This document shows, in pieces, positions 45,396 through 58,824 of a stretch of 64,000 bases of DNA; the stretch's first letter is position 1, and the number at the start of each line of letters is the position of its first letter. Location: assembly GCF_006345805.1 (NCBI RefSeq), contig NC_043010.1:21390001-21454000 (forward strand). The letters run 5' to 3'. The stretch is from Octopus sinensis. Its lineage: Eukaryota. Made by a program: the position numbers and the translations under genes. The notes beneath the pieces were generated by a model. It was not told the DNA's origin. It searched no databases and worked only from the letters and a program-made list of their open reading frames with translations.

Positions 45396-48236
45396 TCGGA
45401 ACTCCACCGATTCAATTTTGACACCGTATCTCTCAGTGAAACCCGGAGAGCCGGAGAAGGCCGGCTGAGAGAAGAAGGCGGTCAATACACCTTTTTCTGG
45501 AAAGGTTACGATCCCGACCACCAACGGATCCATGGTGTGGGTTTTGCAATACGAAATACCATCCTATCCAAACTGACAGAGCAGCCTATTGGAATGTCCG
45601 CACGACTCATGACCCTCCGAATCCAGCTTGTCAAAAGTCAGCACGCAACTATCATCAGTGCGTATGCTCCCATCCTTGACGCGGAGGATTTAGTCAAGGA
45701 GGAGTTTTACAGCCAACTCGACAGCATTCTCTCTACCGTCCCAAAGGACGACAAGATCATTCTCCTGGGAGATTTCCACGCCAGAGTTGGGAGAGATCGT
45801 GAACTCTGGACAGGAACCATCGGAAAGGAAGGAGTGGGAAAAGTCAATGCCAATGGAACTCTGCTACTCAACAAATGTGCTGAACATAACCTGGTGATAA
45901 CCAACACCCTTTTTCGCCAGAAGAATCGATATAAGGTCTCACGGCAGCATCCAAGATCGAAACAATGGCATCTCATCGACTATATCATCGTGAGATCCCG
46001 AGACCAGCAAGATGTGTTGCTCACCAGAGCCGCCACTGGAGCAGATGAGTGCTGGACAGATCATCGCCTCATCGCCTCCACCATGAAAATCAAACTCCGA
46101 CCAAAAGTGAAATATCACAGCAAGGAAAGCAGAGTAAAGAAATTCAACATCGAAGCACTGCAAGACCCAAACACTCGTGTTGCTCTACAGGTCAATCATC
46201 AAAATTAGACTCCAAACCATCTCGTCGAAGAAAATTGGAACCAGCTGAAAGAAACCATCATCACCGCTTGCGAAGAAACCATCGGCCGCAAGAAAAGGAA
46301 ACACCAGGACTGGTTCGACGACAATGATGAAGCTCTCAAAGAACTGGTCGACCAAAGGCGGAGGTAATAAATACTAGATTAGCAAGAATAATCTGAACGC
46401 TAAAAGGTTAATATCAGACCTTGTTTTTTTCTTTCCTTCTCGCGCCACGCCTGGCTCATAAGGACCGGTTTCCCGGTTTCCTTGGCGTATAGGTTCCCCA
46501 CCTGGACGGGATGCCGGTCCATCTACAAGCTGGGAGGTGATTTTGTCCAACACCAGCTCCACCAACTCTTGGTCAAAATCTGGACAAATGAAGTTGTACC
46601 ATCCGACTTCAGGGATGCCAACATCATTACCATTTACAAAAGAAAGGGCGATCGTTCTGAGTGTGGAAATTACCGGGGTATTTCCTTATTAGCAACTGCT
46701 GGGAAGATTCTTGCACGCATCCTGAACAACCGTCTCAAAACGCTGTCAGAGAGGATCCTTCCTGAGACACAGACCAGCTTTAGGCCATCATGAAGCACAA
46801 CCGACATGATCTTCACGCTGCGACAGCTACAAGAAAAATGTCGTGAACAACACCAACCGCTCTACTTGGCCTTTATCGACCTATCCAAAGCCTTTGATCG
46901 TGTCTCGCGAGAGCTCCTCTGGGATATTCTCGCCCAGTATGGATGCCCAGATAAGTTCATCCGGATCCTCAAACTCCTCCACGACAATATGCACGCCAGA
47001 GTCCAGACCGACGGAGGCAGTTCTGAGTCCTTTAAAGTCACCTCCGGAGTGAAGCAAGGCTGCGTGATAGCGCCAACTCTCTTTACCATCTTTATCGCGA
47101 CAGTGTTGCACATCATACGAGATGACCTTCCACCTGGCATCGAGATCTCTTACAGAATGGACGGCAAGCTTTTCAACCTCGCTTGCCTCAAAAGTACGTC
47201 AAAGACAATGGTGCAAAGCTTGCTAGAGTTCCAATATGCCGACGACAACAGTGTAGCAGCTCACAGAGAGGATCACCTCCAACAGATCCTAAATGCTTTT
47301 CATCATGCATATACTAAACTTGGACTGAGCATCAACATCAAGAAGACTCAATTACTCTACCAACCTCCCCCCAATGCCCGTGTTGACAACCCGCCATCGA
47401 TTCAACTCGAAGGAAATCCACTGGAAAATGTGAACCACTTCTGCTACCTTGGGAGCCATCTGTCAGCAAAGGTAGACCTCAGCGATGAAATCCAACACCG
47501 TCTGAAGTGTGCAGGAACAGCTTTCGGCAAGCTTCGAACAAGAGTTTTTGCTGATCTGGACATCCGAACCGAAACCAAACTCATGGTGTACAGGGCAGTC
47601 ATTATTCCAACCCTCCTTTACGCATCCGAAACCTGGACCCCGTATAGTCATCACCTGAAAACGCTCGAGAAATTTCACCAACGCTGTCTTCGGAAGATCC
47701 TCAACATCAGCTGGGAAGACAGAAGAACTAACGTCAGCGTGCTACAAGAAGCAAAAATGACCAGCATCGAAGCCTATGTCATCAAAGGCCAACTAAGATG
47801 GAGTGGCCACGTGGTTAGAATGATTGACGAACGACTTCCCAAACAGATCTTCTACTCCCAACTCAAAGACGGCAAGCGCACAAAAGTGGGCCAGAAGAAA
47901 CGCTACAAGGACTCCCTGAAATTGAACCTCAAAAAGTGTGACATTGACTTCACCAACTGGGAGGAAACGGCAAAAAACAGACCACTCTGGAAAACCACCA
48001 TCCATGAGGGAACGGCGAATTTCGAGTCGAAAAGGTCTGCAGAGCTGGAGGAGAAAAGACGACGACGGAAGGAGCGCCAACAACAACCATGTGCGACTCT
48101 CCCTTCCGGCACTAGATGTCCGCACTGTGACCGATCTTTTCGAGCAAGAATTGGTCTTATCAGTCACCTGCGGACTCACCAATAAATTTGCGCGAAGACC
48201 ATCATCCTCGACCTTGAGGGATTGCCATAGTAGTAG
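45396..48236 (+). mobile_element. 5'-truncated RTE-clade LINE (APE + RT + C-terminal CCHH), disrupted
   Basis: APE: LSETRR, GFAI, SAYAP, LLGDFHARVG, IDYI, TDH. RT: NYRGISLL, FIDLSKAFD, GVKQGC, YADD. C-terminus CPHC...HLRTH; (TAG)n tail. Frameshift at ~46200, stop at 46791, linker replaced at 46364-46520. Confidence 0.93.
46430..46523 (-). mobile_element. 3' fragment of SINE family D inside the RTE LINE
   Basis: Reverse complement GATGGACCGGCATCCCGTCCAGG...GAAACCGGGAAACCGG matches 55598-55680. Confidence 0.75.
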
Positions 48237-49600
48237 TATATATATATATATAAGTTTTACAAAAAATTAGATTCAGATGAATGGCACCAGCATTTATTAT
48301 GGTAGTATCCATACAATTTCAAAATAAGGGGATTAGAATTAAAATAAGCCACAAGGATATCCAGAGGTAATGCAGTACGATCATTTCACGCAACTCCATT
48401 TAATTGAACAATGTAACCATTACATCAATTTAAATGCAGAGCAATCCTCAGCTGCACAGAGACATATAATTTAATTAAATTAAAACAGATGGACACATTA
48501 GTATAGTTTTGCCTAAAATCCCCAAGAAGACAAAGAACATGCTGCCTTTCCTTCCAATTACAAGCTGTTAAGTTTTGAGGAAGAAAGACTTGTTTACTGA
48601 TTTTGCTTGTCACTTTTATATGGAGTCAGTTTTAATTTATAGACTAGTCTTATCAATTCCTTGTATATCTATGGCCGAGTCTTTTAGGGGTAGGGCTGAG
48701 GGAGTCGACAGAAATCATAGTGGGTATAGTCATAAATTCAAGATTTATTTGAAGCAATATCATGGGATTTGGTAAAGGAAAACTTAAATCAAGATGTTAG
48801 CTGACAATTAAGGGGGCTGGTCACTAGTAGACCATTGATAATGAAACAGGGGAAATCTTATCATGTAGTACTATATTTAAATATTTTAAACAATACTGCT
48901 ATAATGTTTAAAGTTAAAGTTTAGGGGTATTCAGAAGATTATTAAGAAGAATAATTATAACAACAGGATAAAGTGTTTTTAATATACTTTTGAGTATATA
49001 CCAAACTTTTACCACAATAGAGGGAGGAAAAGAAAATTATCCAGAAATATTTTAATATTTATACATATTATGTAATTAAATAGTAACTTATCAGAGGGTA
49101 TCAGTGAATATTGATCAATTGGTATATACTGGTATTTGATAAAGGAGTACTGAGGTAACGGAACAAGCTAACTATGAATTAATTTAATTATAATCTAAGC
49201 AGTTTATTTTAAGTAGTGAATATACCAACATTGTTATATATAAGCTAAGAATGAACTTATAGAGGTACAGTTATTAGATTTATTTTATAAATAAATAAAT
49301 AAAGGCTATTATAAAATAATAAAGAAATAAAATAATCAGGTAGGGCAGAACACCATAGAAAAGGAATAAAATACCTTAATCACTAAAAAAATGATAAAGT
49401 ATATGTAATTTATTAACCACAATAGAGAAGATATATAGAAAATGTAAAATATATTTCAAAATACACTAAACTAAAAATTATATATCTACTTGTATAGCTA
49501 GTATCAATAAAGACTGATACTTGGTATTAGCTAAAGGAATATTTATGTTATGGAACATTCTAATTTACACTAATTTTTGAAAACTAATGGTTATATTATA

Positions 49601-49670
49601 TCAGCAGATGAGAGCTTAGCCTAGTAAATTACTTTATTTGCTGAAGATAGCTTGAAACCACGGTACAGGA
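49601..49670 (+). ncRNA. Degenerate hammerhead-like motif (H5)
   Basis: UCAG CAGAUGA GAGCU...(UAGUAAAU/AUUUGCUG)...AGCUU GAAAC CACG GUA^CAGG. U4>A substitution in the core. Confidence 0.5.
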
Positions 49671-49923
49671 AATTGAGGGTAAATGTTTTTATTTTACATT
49701 CCCTTTCGAAATTACCCCTAATAGTGGTTTGGACTTTAACTACTTCTTCTAGCGGGTCACATGTCCTGTTATGGTTATATGGTGTTTAAATGTACACTGT
49801 ATTTTTATATGAATAATATATAGTCTATTGACTAGTTTTTTCTTGATAGACAACTGGTAACAAAGAATTTTTCTAAATTTTTTGCTATCCTTGAATTTAT
49901 TAATTATATACAAATATATATTC

Positions 49924-49967
<44 letters not shown>

Positions 49968-50002
49968 CTATATATCTCTCCCTCTCTCTCTCTCTCTCTT
50001 TC

Positions 50003-50056
<54 letters not shown>

Positions 50057-50060
50057 TATA

Positions 50061-50222
50061 TGACGGGCTTCTTCAGTTTCCGTCTAACAAATCCACTCAC
50101 AAGTTTTTGGTCAGCCCGATGCTCTAGTAGGAGACATTTGCCCAAGTTGCCACGCAGTAGGAGTGAAGCCGGAACCATGTGGTTGGTAAGCAAGCTACTT
50201 ACCACACAGCCATACTTGCACC
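50061..50222 (-). mobile_element. SINE family A, 5' half
   Basis: Reverse complement of the family A head, abutting (TA)n. Confidence 0.82.
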
Positions 50223-50275
50223 TTTATAAGGTAAGAAAGGAAAATTGACAGATAGACAGACAGATACGTATGTGT

Positions 50276-50325
<50 letters not shown>

Positions 50326-50721
50326 CCATTTGACTGGCTCTGGACAGCTTCTCTGCCCGAAGATCTACTTGTGTAATAGGTCAACCTTGTAGCATGTAAC
50401 TAGTTACTCACCCTATGTATCTCGCAGTGCGATTCCACTCGTAACTGAATTTCCCATCTTTACACTCATGGATGTATACTTGTACATACAGCGTCTGATT
50501 TTAACCTTTCACTTAACGTGTTACCACTAATCTTTACTTAAGAACAAATGTTTACCTAATACTCTTTCTTTCTCTCTATCTCTCTTTCCCTCCTCCACCC
50601 TGCATACATATATATCTATGTCTATATAAATGTGTGTATACACATATGTGCATATGCGCCTTATTATACATGTGTTTGTGGCTAGTATGGACGTATATAT
50701 ATATATATTTATATATGTATG

Positions 50722-50802
<81 letters not shown>

Positions 50803-50973
50803 TATATACATATACATATACCTACATATATATACATATATATATACATATACATATACCTACATATATATATACATATATATTCATACACATGTGTGTA
50901 TGTGTATCTGTATCTATCTATCAATCTATCTATCTGTCAATCTCTCTTTTATCTCTCTCCTCACACACACACA

Positions 50974-51035
<62 letters not shown>

Positions 51036-52642
51036 TTAAATTATCAATTCCAATTTCAAAACGATAATGCGTTCGTGAAAACAGATGTAAATCAAATATA
51101 CGCTATAATTTGTATTACCACGTTCATTACGAAGTCGAACAACGTATTTATAAAATGGATGCAGTGCAAATGTAATAAGTGAGGAGAATTAAACCGTGCT
51201 ATCGTATTTCGTGGAGTGTCTGTAACCTCTCTGTCATGAACTAATCGATTTCATCGCATTATGCCAATATCTAGTCACGCAGACAACGAATTCTTTGAAT
51301 ATATACCGACTATTTGATCATCGAAGCAAATTGTCTGGAAATGATTGTCGCTTTCCTGAAAGCAATCCTGTTGGATTCGTTTTGTATTGAAATATATATT
51401 CCATCTACATCGTCCATTTTAATTATCGTTATTTATATTATTACCATCATGCTTTTTATTATTATATTATTACAAACGTGCATTGTCGCTCTCTTAATCA
51501 TTTGCTAATGTAGTACAACACTCTGATGTCGACTTTGTCTTTTTAGTAAAATACAAAAAAAAAAAGAAAAAGAAAAAGAAGGAACGCGAAAAATAGATCG
51601 AAAATATTGAATAATTCCGTCTAGGTCAACATTTGATATAGATACAAAAGAAATTTATTTATTTTCACCAGGCCTACCAATAATATATTTCTAGTCGTCT
51701 TGTAAGCAACTGTAAAAGTTTCTGAAGTATAAGGAGCCTTTTTCTCCATATATTTACTCCCAGTTCAATATATTTACTATACAGCTCACTTAACAGCATA
51801 TTAGATAATAATTATCCGATTAACTATTTTAGCTTAATACAAATAAAAAACGCTTTTTATATTCTTAGCATTCAATTTATCCAATACATATCCACATATG
51901 TGTGTGTGTGTGTGTGTGTGTATGTAGTTATACTCGTTGTTTTCGGTTACTTTTGACGATCTTTGTCTCTTTGTTTTTGTAGGATTGTTTCACGTTTTGG
52001 TGATGATTCAACGGCGGTTGAAAGCATGAAGATTAAAATTGTAGTTGAGAGAAGTTAGCTGATATGGAGGACTGGAGACCCTTTAAATACTGGAAAATCG
52101 ATACTTCTGTCATGATGATTCGCACTGGGTATCACAATGCTAGTATTACCGCTGTTCAATGATCTGTGAGTATTGTAAACGCTGCAAAACATAACAGGGA
52201 CAGCTGCAACGGAGACTACGAAGCTTTCGCCAGCATGAAGGGGACCCACAGGGCGTTGTTACTGCGTCCACATGCCAGAGAACCTCGGAAAATCTTTACA
52301 CAGTGCCTTAGGTTCAATTCGGACGGCTATGTGAAGCTGCCGAAGTCTGTTGTTGTCAATCCTTGGCTAGAGAGGGTTGCTACTGAAAGGCAATGTGTTG
52401 CAATAAGATTCAGTTCCTTGCTGTAACTCCAGAAGAAGTCAGAATTAGTTATGGGATAATTTCTACGAGTTCACCCGATCTTTGACTCCCTAACTTCTCC
52501 AATTGTAATTCCTTGGTTGCAATGTGTGGGGCGAGATAGTATATTACATCAGACGGATTTGTAAATAAGCTACCTTTATTTAGAAGGATTTTTGACGTAC
52601 ATATTTATATTTCTGGAACATGAAACATCAAATCATGAATTA

Positions 52643-54321
52643 CACTAGGCAACAAAGATTTTGTTACGGAAGACCAAAAAGGGGTTCCTAGCTATTTTCG
52701 GTATGCTGATTTGAAATCTCTTACGTCTAGATTTTGTGTAAAATGCAAATCACTCAGTATAATTTCCTACATCGTGGTTTTAATCGGCTTAATGCCGGTA
52801 ATGTGACACTTGCATTTCAAGGTTGAAGCAGTTGTTGTTTGCCAGCTATATACAAGTTCTAACGATTTTCATCAATAAAATTTATCTCAAGCTGGTAATA
52901 CTGAGTCAAAAAGCATAGGAACGGCCCAACGATCAGTCTCTGACAGTCATGTAGAGCGGTTGTTGGGAAACACTAGAGTTTCTCATTTCCGCCATCACCA
53001 TTTGCCGTTTTCATCATTTTACTTACAGGAGGAAAACGTTTGTGTCTGCCATGGCCTGGTGAAAAGAATTGACTTTCGCTATAATCTAAAAGAATGGCGA
53101 TTGTTCATTGACTCTTGTAAAGTTAGCCTTAAAGCTGTATTACTGCACATTGGCAATGAAAATCCTTCAATAACTGTAGCACATGTCACATGCCTTTATG
53201 AGACTTGTGAATCAATGGAACTGCTACTAAGACTCGTCAGATATAAGGGCCGTATATGGAATATTTGTGGCGACCTTTAAGTTGTATCATTACTCCTTGG
53301 GCTACAGAAAGCATATGGAAGAGCAGAGATGACAAGAATCACTACAAAAAACATGATTGGCCATCTAGAACTGAACATGTTGTTGGTAAACACAATGTGA
53401 AACACCCAGTACTTATTGACAATCAGAAAGTACACCTTCCACCACTTCATATGAAACTTGGCCTTACGAAAAATTTCGGGAAACGTATGAACCATCAAAG
53501 TATGGTTTCCAATATGTAAAGGATAAATTCAAAATAATGGTAATAGATGCTACGCTAGAAGCTGCAGTTTTCACTGGACTACAGACTCGCAGTGTCATCC
53601 ACGACTCTTTCCCATCTAATCTAAATTAGAATGAACTAGGAGCACGGACATCTTTTTTTGAAGTTGTCAAAGTTTTCTTGGAAAGCACAAAGCTGAAAAC
53701 CAACGTGACCTCGCAGCAAATAAACTTAGATCTTATGAAAGCAAAAATGGGATGCAGAATGCCTTTGAAAATGCATTTTGTTACGTTCTCATCTTGACTT
53801 CTTCCCGGCTAACCTCGGGGCTGCGAGTGACGAGAATGGTGAATGCTTCCATCAACAGATCTCAGTTATTGAAAACAGATACCAAAGTAATTTCAACCGA
53901 AACATGAGGAGAGATTATTGTTGGTTCATGCAGAAGGAGAGCTTGTCATCCTACAAGCGACAAAGGAAGAGAAAACGCCAAAGTTTCACTTAAGAACAAA
54001 AAGTTGTCTTTCAGTGGATGGTTAAGCGCAGGGGCGGTAACTCCGCCAGGGGAATTCCGCTGTCTTAAAGCAGAGGAAGGAGAAAAGACATCCCTGTTCG
54101 CCAATTACTTCAGTTTGCTTAACATAAAACATTCCACGGAAAAGTAGCTTAGATGATTTTCGTAATAGAAGCGGGTGAATAAAAATGAAAAATAGAGGTT
54201 TTCGGTTAGACAAACTCTGGACCTTTTGATATCAGATCTGAAATTAGCATCGGAAATTTGGTAGCAACCTGTAGTTTACGTGTCTGTAACAAGAAACAAA
54301 ATTGTAGTTTGTTGTCTAGCG
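52643..54321 (+). mobile_element. Decayed Chapaev3-like (CMC superfamily) DNA transposon
   Basis: Imperfect TIRs CACTAGGCAACAAA / TTTGTTGTCTAGCG with TTA on both flanks. Transposase fragments EWRLFIDSCKVSLKAVLLH, ICGDL, LPPLHMKLGL, SHLDFFPANLGAASDENGECFHQ...DYCW. Family assignment is from memory of these motifs. Confidence 0.75.
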
Positions 54322-55387
54322 TTAATAGTTATCACTGACTTCCTTAAGATGAATATTCTGCTTTATCTAATATGTACTCTTATTTTGTTCATACACTTTT
54401 TATCGGTCACTCTTCTCAGTTAGCTGTGGACGTTGACCCATGTGTAGACGTTTTGCAAAAAGCGCACAAAAGAAGTTAACGTTGCTTAGAATTTAGTAAT
54501 AATTAATTATTATGTTTATAGCAAATAATTTATTTATCTAATTGTTTTTGTTCACGATATAGATGGATTTTCTAATATTACTTTTGTACGCCGCTAGCTT
54601 ATATCACCACCATTTCTTCCGTTCGATATGTACAACTTTAGTAGTATGGTTGCCATATTGGCGTGCCGTGTTCATGTCGAAATATTTACGAAGATCAATT
54701 TGAAGTGCTATAGATAGATTTCTGAGGTTTTATTGGGAAAAAAATATTGATTCACTATGTCGAATTCAAAAGAAGCAAAAACCATGAAGCACAAAAAGAA
54801 GTGTAATTTTCATGATAGCTGAATAGCTTAACAAAACTGTAGAAACTGCAATACCGAAAATTCATGGGGTCATGAGCGTTACTCTGCAAGAAATGTTTAT
54901 GTAGGTTTTGGAAACTGGAATGCTTTCAATGTGATACGAAATTTAGTGTAGAATTTGTTACGGAAAGAGTGAGAAACTTTGATATTAGACATTTAGAAGC
55001 AACATTTTGGATGGAAATTGCATTTGGTCCGGGTACAAAAGCTAGTGGAGCAGAGCTTGTCATTAGCCGTTAAAGTTTTGATATATACGGTACATGAGTG
55101 TGAAAACGTTCAAGAAGGCCACTCATCAAATCCTGATCAAAGATTTTCTATATGGTGTATTATATAGTATTAAAATAAATAACAATAAATTTAGTGAAAT
55201 ATGTTGCTCAATTCCTTGATAGTTGGCACAAAAAAATTATGCTTTGTACTTCGTTAAATATCTCTGTTTGAAGGAATAATACCGGCAGTTTGTCATTGGA
55301 AACAGATGACAAAACTAAAGGAATATCTGTCAAGGAATATCTTTGTTCAGTACTTCAAATCTAATTGAAATTGTACTTTCTGACAGT

Positions 55388-55700
55388 GGAGGCGCAATGG
55401 CCCAGTGGTTAGGGCAGCGGATTTGCGGTCGGGGGATCGCGGTTTCGATTCCCTGACCGGGCGTTGTGTTTGTTTATTGAGAGAAAACACCTGAAAGCTC
55501 CACGTGGCTGCGGCTGGGGTTGGTAGTGGCGACCCCTGTTGTACTCTTTCGCCACAACTTTCTCTCACTTTCTCTTCCTGTTTCTTGATTAACGTTGCGA
55601 TGGACTGGCGTCCCGTCCAGCTAGGGGGGGGGCATATACACCACAGAAACCGGGAAACCGGGCCCATGAGCCTGACCAGGCTTGAAAAGGGCTAAGAAGG
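55388..55700 (+). mobile_element. tRNA-derived SINE, family D
   Basis: A box TGGCCCAGTGG and B box GGTTTCGATTCC. The head resembles family C but the body differs (GCGATGGACTGGCGTCCCGTCCAG). Confidence 0.8.
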
Positions 55701-56382
55701 ACGAAGAGTAGTTGGGCTTGAGGTGTGCAATGTTTCTGCGATCAAGCAATTATATGAAATGAATACAATTGTATTCCACAGACCAGCAAGTTTTCCGTCT
55801 GATGAGGTGCCAGTGATGCGGCGTAGAATTAATATTGTTGCAACAAGAATCGACCAGGATATTTCAAATTTTGACTAACAACTTTGTGGTGTACAAGGTG
55901 AAGACAGGGACTGGAGAAGCATAGCAAGGTATGACGAAACATTGAAACGTTGACACGAATAATGTATTCTGTATTTTTGCGAACCAAAGTTAAAAAAGGC
56001 ACAGGTAAATCTATAGTATGGGCTTCTTAAAATGAAACTTCTGGTTTCAGATCACATAAAACGATAAGTGGGTTATCTAAAACATTCAGTTGCGCATAAT
56101 AATGACAATCAATAGTAAAACACGACTTGATAAAGGATTGTCAGGAGTCGATGTTCAGAAAAGTAATGGAAATTACTAAATTATAAAAAAATTCTTAAAG
56201 TTAAAAGAGGTCAGATGTTCGTTACTCACATTAGTTAGTTTGTAAGAGATTTAAATTAATGTACACTAAATGTTTACAACAGAGAAAAGATTCATGTAAA
56301 CAATCTATAAACAAGGACCTTACCACGAAAGTCTAAATTGACTTGAGACTGTGGGCATGCATCTAAATCCATATTTAACAAA

Positions 56383-56688
56383 TATATGTGTTTAATAAAA
56401 TCCTCTGTTACGAGATCAATGTATACATGTTTAATATAGTACCCCGTTGTGAGATCAATGTAAATATGTTTAATATCATACCCCGTTGTGAGATCAATGT
56501 ATACATGTTTAATATAGTACCCCGTTGTGAGATCAATGTATATGTTTAATATAGTACCCCGTTGTGAGATCAAGGTATATGTTTAATATAGTACCCCGTT
56601 GTGAGATCAATGTAAATATGTTTAATATAGTACCAGTTGTGAGATCAGTGTATATATGTTTAATATACTACCCTGTTATGAGTTCAAT
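56383..56688. repeat. Minisatellite, ~8 units of 37-39 bp
   Basis: Unit TATGTTTAATATAGTACCCCGTTGTGAGATCAATG(TA)1-2. Confidence 0.92.
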
Positions 56689-56900
56689 TCATTCATTTTG
56701 CTTGATTTACGTCGATGATTGTAATTCTTCCTCATACAACATAAATTCTGCGAAATTATGGTAAGTATTATGGAGAAATATCTATTTCATGAATTTGTTC
56801 AATTTTTGCACTGGAATATATTCAGGAACATAAGTATATAGTACCAATTCGAATGAGAGCGATTTGTGTTTCACTCTTTGCCTCTCTCTCCCTTGCATGC

Positions 56901-57118
<218 letters not shown>

Positions 57119-57858
57119 TAATACAAATAAGAAAATGGAGAAATACACCTTAATCAATAATCAACTACCAGATAATACCCAATCACATAATTTATTAAAC
57201 CACTACATATGAACATTGAGGTCAAACATAATAGTATAGAACAAAACAATGTACATCAATGAGTAATATGATACAATAAGTACAGCATGTATAAGTGAAT
57301 ATAAATAAATACAAATATGATATTCATATTTAATTTAGTTTGTACTTCATAATCTCTGAAGAGGCCTTGGGATATTTTTGTAAGTGTCTCATTTGTAACC
57401 GCATATTAACTTATCACACATGGCTAATATGTGCATAATGAGATACCCATATCTGCATGGCTGAAACAGCTGTAAGATGTAGTTTATATTTATATTTGTA
57501 TTTATTTATATTCACTTATACATGCTGTACTTATTGTATCATATTACTCATTGATGTACATTGTTTTGTTCTATACTATTACGTTTGACCTTAATGTTCA
57601 TATGTAGTGGTTTAATAAATTATGTGATTGGGTAGTATCTGGTAGTTGATTATTGATTAAGGTGTATTTCTCCATTTTCTTAATTTGTATTATTAATTTG
57701 TGGTAAAACATTTACCTTTGCCCATATAATACAGTAAATGAATTAATTGCATCGCAATTCTTAACAGTTATGTATTAAATTTGTTGGATGCTTTACTAGC
57801 AGTATATTGGATATATGTTATCCCATGGTGGGTTGCACTCACAACCCCTATCTCAATT

Positions 57859-57859
<1 letters not shown>
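57119..57859. mobile_element. PLE-type hairpin insert (family H4): ~200-bp arms, HHR in the loop, 3' tail
   Basis: Inverted repeat ~57119-57318/57492-57692 with few mismatches, tail to ~57859, (TA)n on both sides. Confidence 0.85.
57352..57478 (+). ncRNA. Type I hammerhead ribozyme candidate (H4) with ~100-nt stem II
   Basis: AUCU CUGAAGA GGCC...GGCU GAAAC AGCU GUA^AGAU. Canonical core; palindromic ACAGCUGU stem III. Confidence 0.8.
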
Positions 57860-57935
<76 letters not shown>

Positions 57936-57961
57936 TATATATATAATATATATATATTATA

Positions 57962-57993
<32 letters not shown>

Positions 57994-58095
57994 ATATATA
58001 ATATATATATATATATATATACATATATATATGGAGGGTTGTGTGTGCGTGTATATGTGTGTAGGTATTCACTCTCATACGCATACCTGCATATA

Positions 58096-58143
<48 letters not shown>

Positions 58144-58222
58144 ATAAGGAAGTTGCAGATATGAGTATAGCATAAATTTAATATTGTTTAATACACGGAT
58201 ATACTACTCATCCCATATAGAG

Positions 58223-58318
58223 AATTACAGAATAATAAAGAAATAGATATATGTGTCGCATTAGGAAAGCAAATAATAGCAATGCAGTGGATGTTATTGT
58301 ATTTCATATATATACATG

Positions 58319-58351
<33 letters not shown>

Positions 58352-58470
58352 TCACATATGCATATATATACACACATACATACATATGTATATATATATA
58401 TATGGACGTAATAGAATGTCTACCTGCTGATGTATATCCTTTTTGTATCCCCTCCATTTTCTTCTTGCCC

Positions 58471-58501
<31 letters not shown>

Positions 58502-58824
58502 CTATATATATCTACATATATATATCTTTACACACACACACATATATATACATATACATATACATATACATACATATATATACACACACATACATATATA
58601 CATACACACACATATATATATATATATATACATGTATATGTGTGTGTGTACAAGTGTGATTTGTGTACTAAAACACATACACGTATATATAAACACCCAT
58701 ATATATATATTGTGTATACGCACGCACACACACTCATATATGAAATATAATTACATTCACTACATTAATATTATTTCTTTTAGTAATGCGACACATTTAT
58801 TTACTTCTTTATGGTTCTGTAATT
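58223..58824. repeat. Diverged ~88-bp inverted repeat flanking microsatellite
   Basis: 58223-58310 is similar to the reverse complement of 58737-58824 (shared AATTACAGAA..ATAAAGAA, ATGTGTCGCATTA, ATTTCATA). Confidence 0.7.

Noticed and set aside
48425-48613. LLGDFRQ resembling PIF1 helicase motif III
   Set aside because: Isolated short match with no neighbouring helicase motifs.
51983-52560. Candidate coding exon after a good splice acceptor (TTTTTGTAG)
   Set aside because: All three + frames reach stops within ~75 nt and no domain is recognisable. A UTR or non-coding exon is not excluded.
55388-55465. tRNA gene (likewise the heads at 17442, 18371 and 60308)
   Set aside because: A and B boxes run directly into repeat bodies with no proper acceptor stem; these are SINE heads.
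55798-55840. CTGATGAG as another hammerhead core
   Set aside because: No stem II closed by GAAA and no stem I or III in register.
56383-56688. CRISPR-like array of ~38-bp units
   Set aside because: Units are head-to-tail with no unique spacers, there are no cas genes, and the context is eukaryotic; it is a minisatellite.
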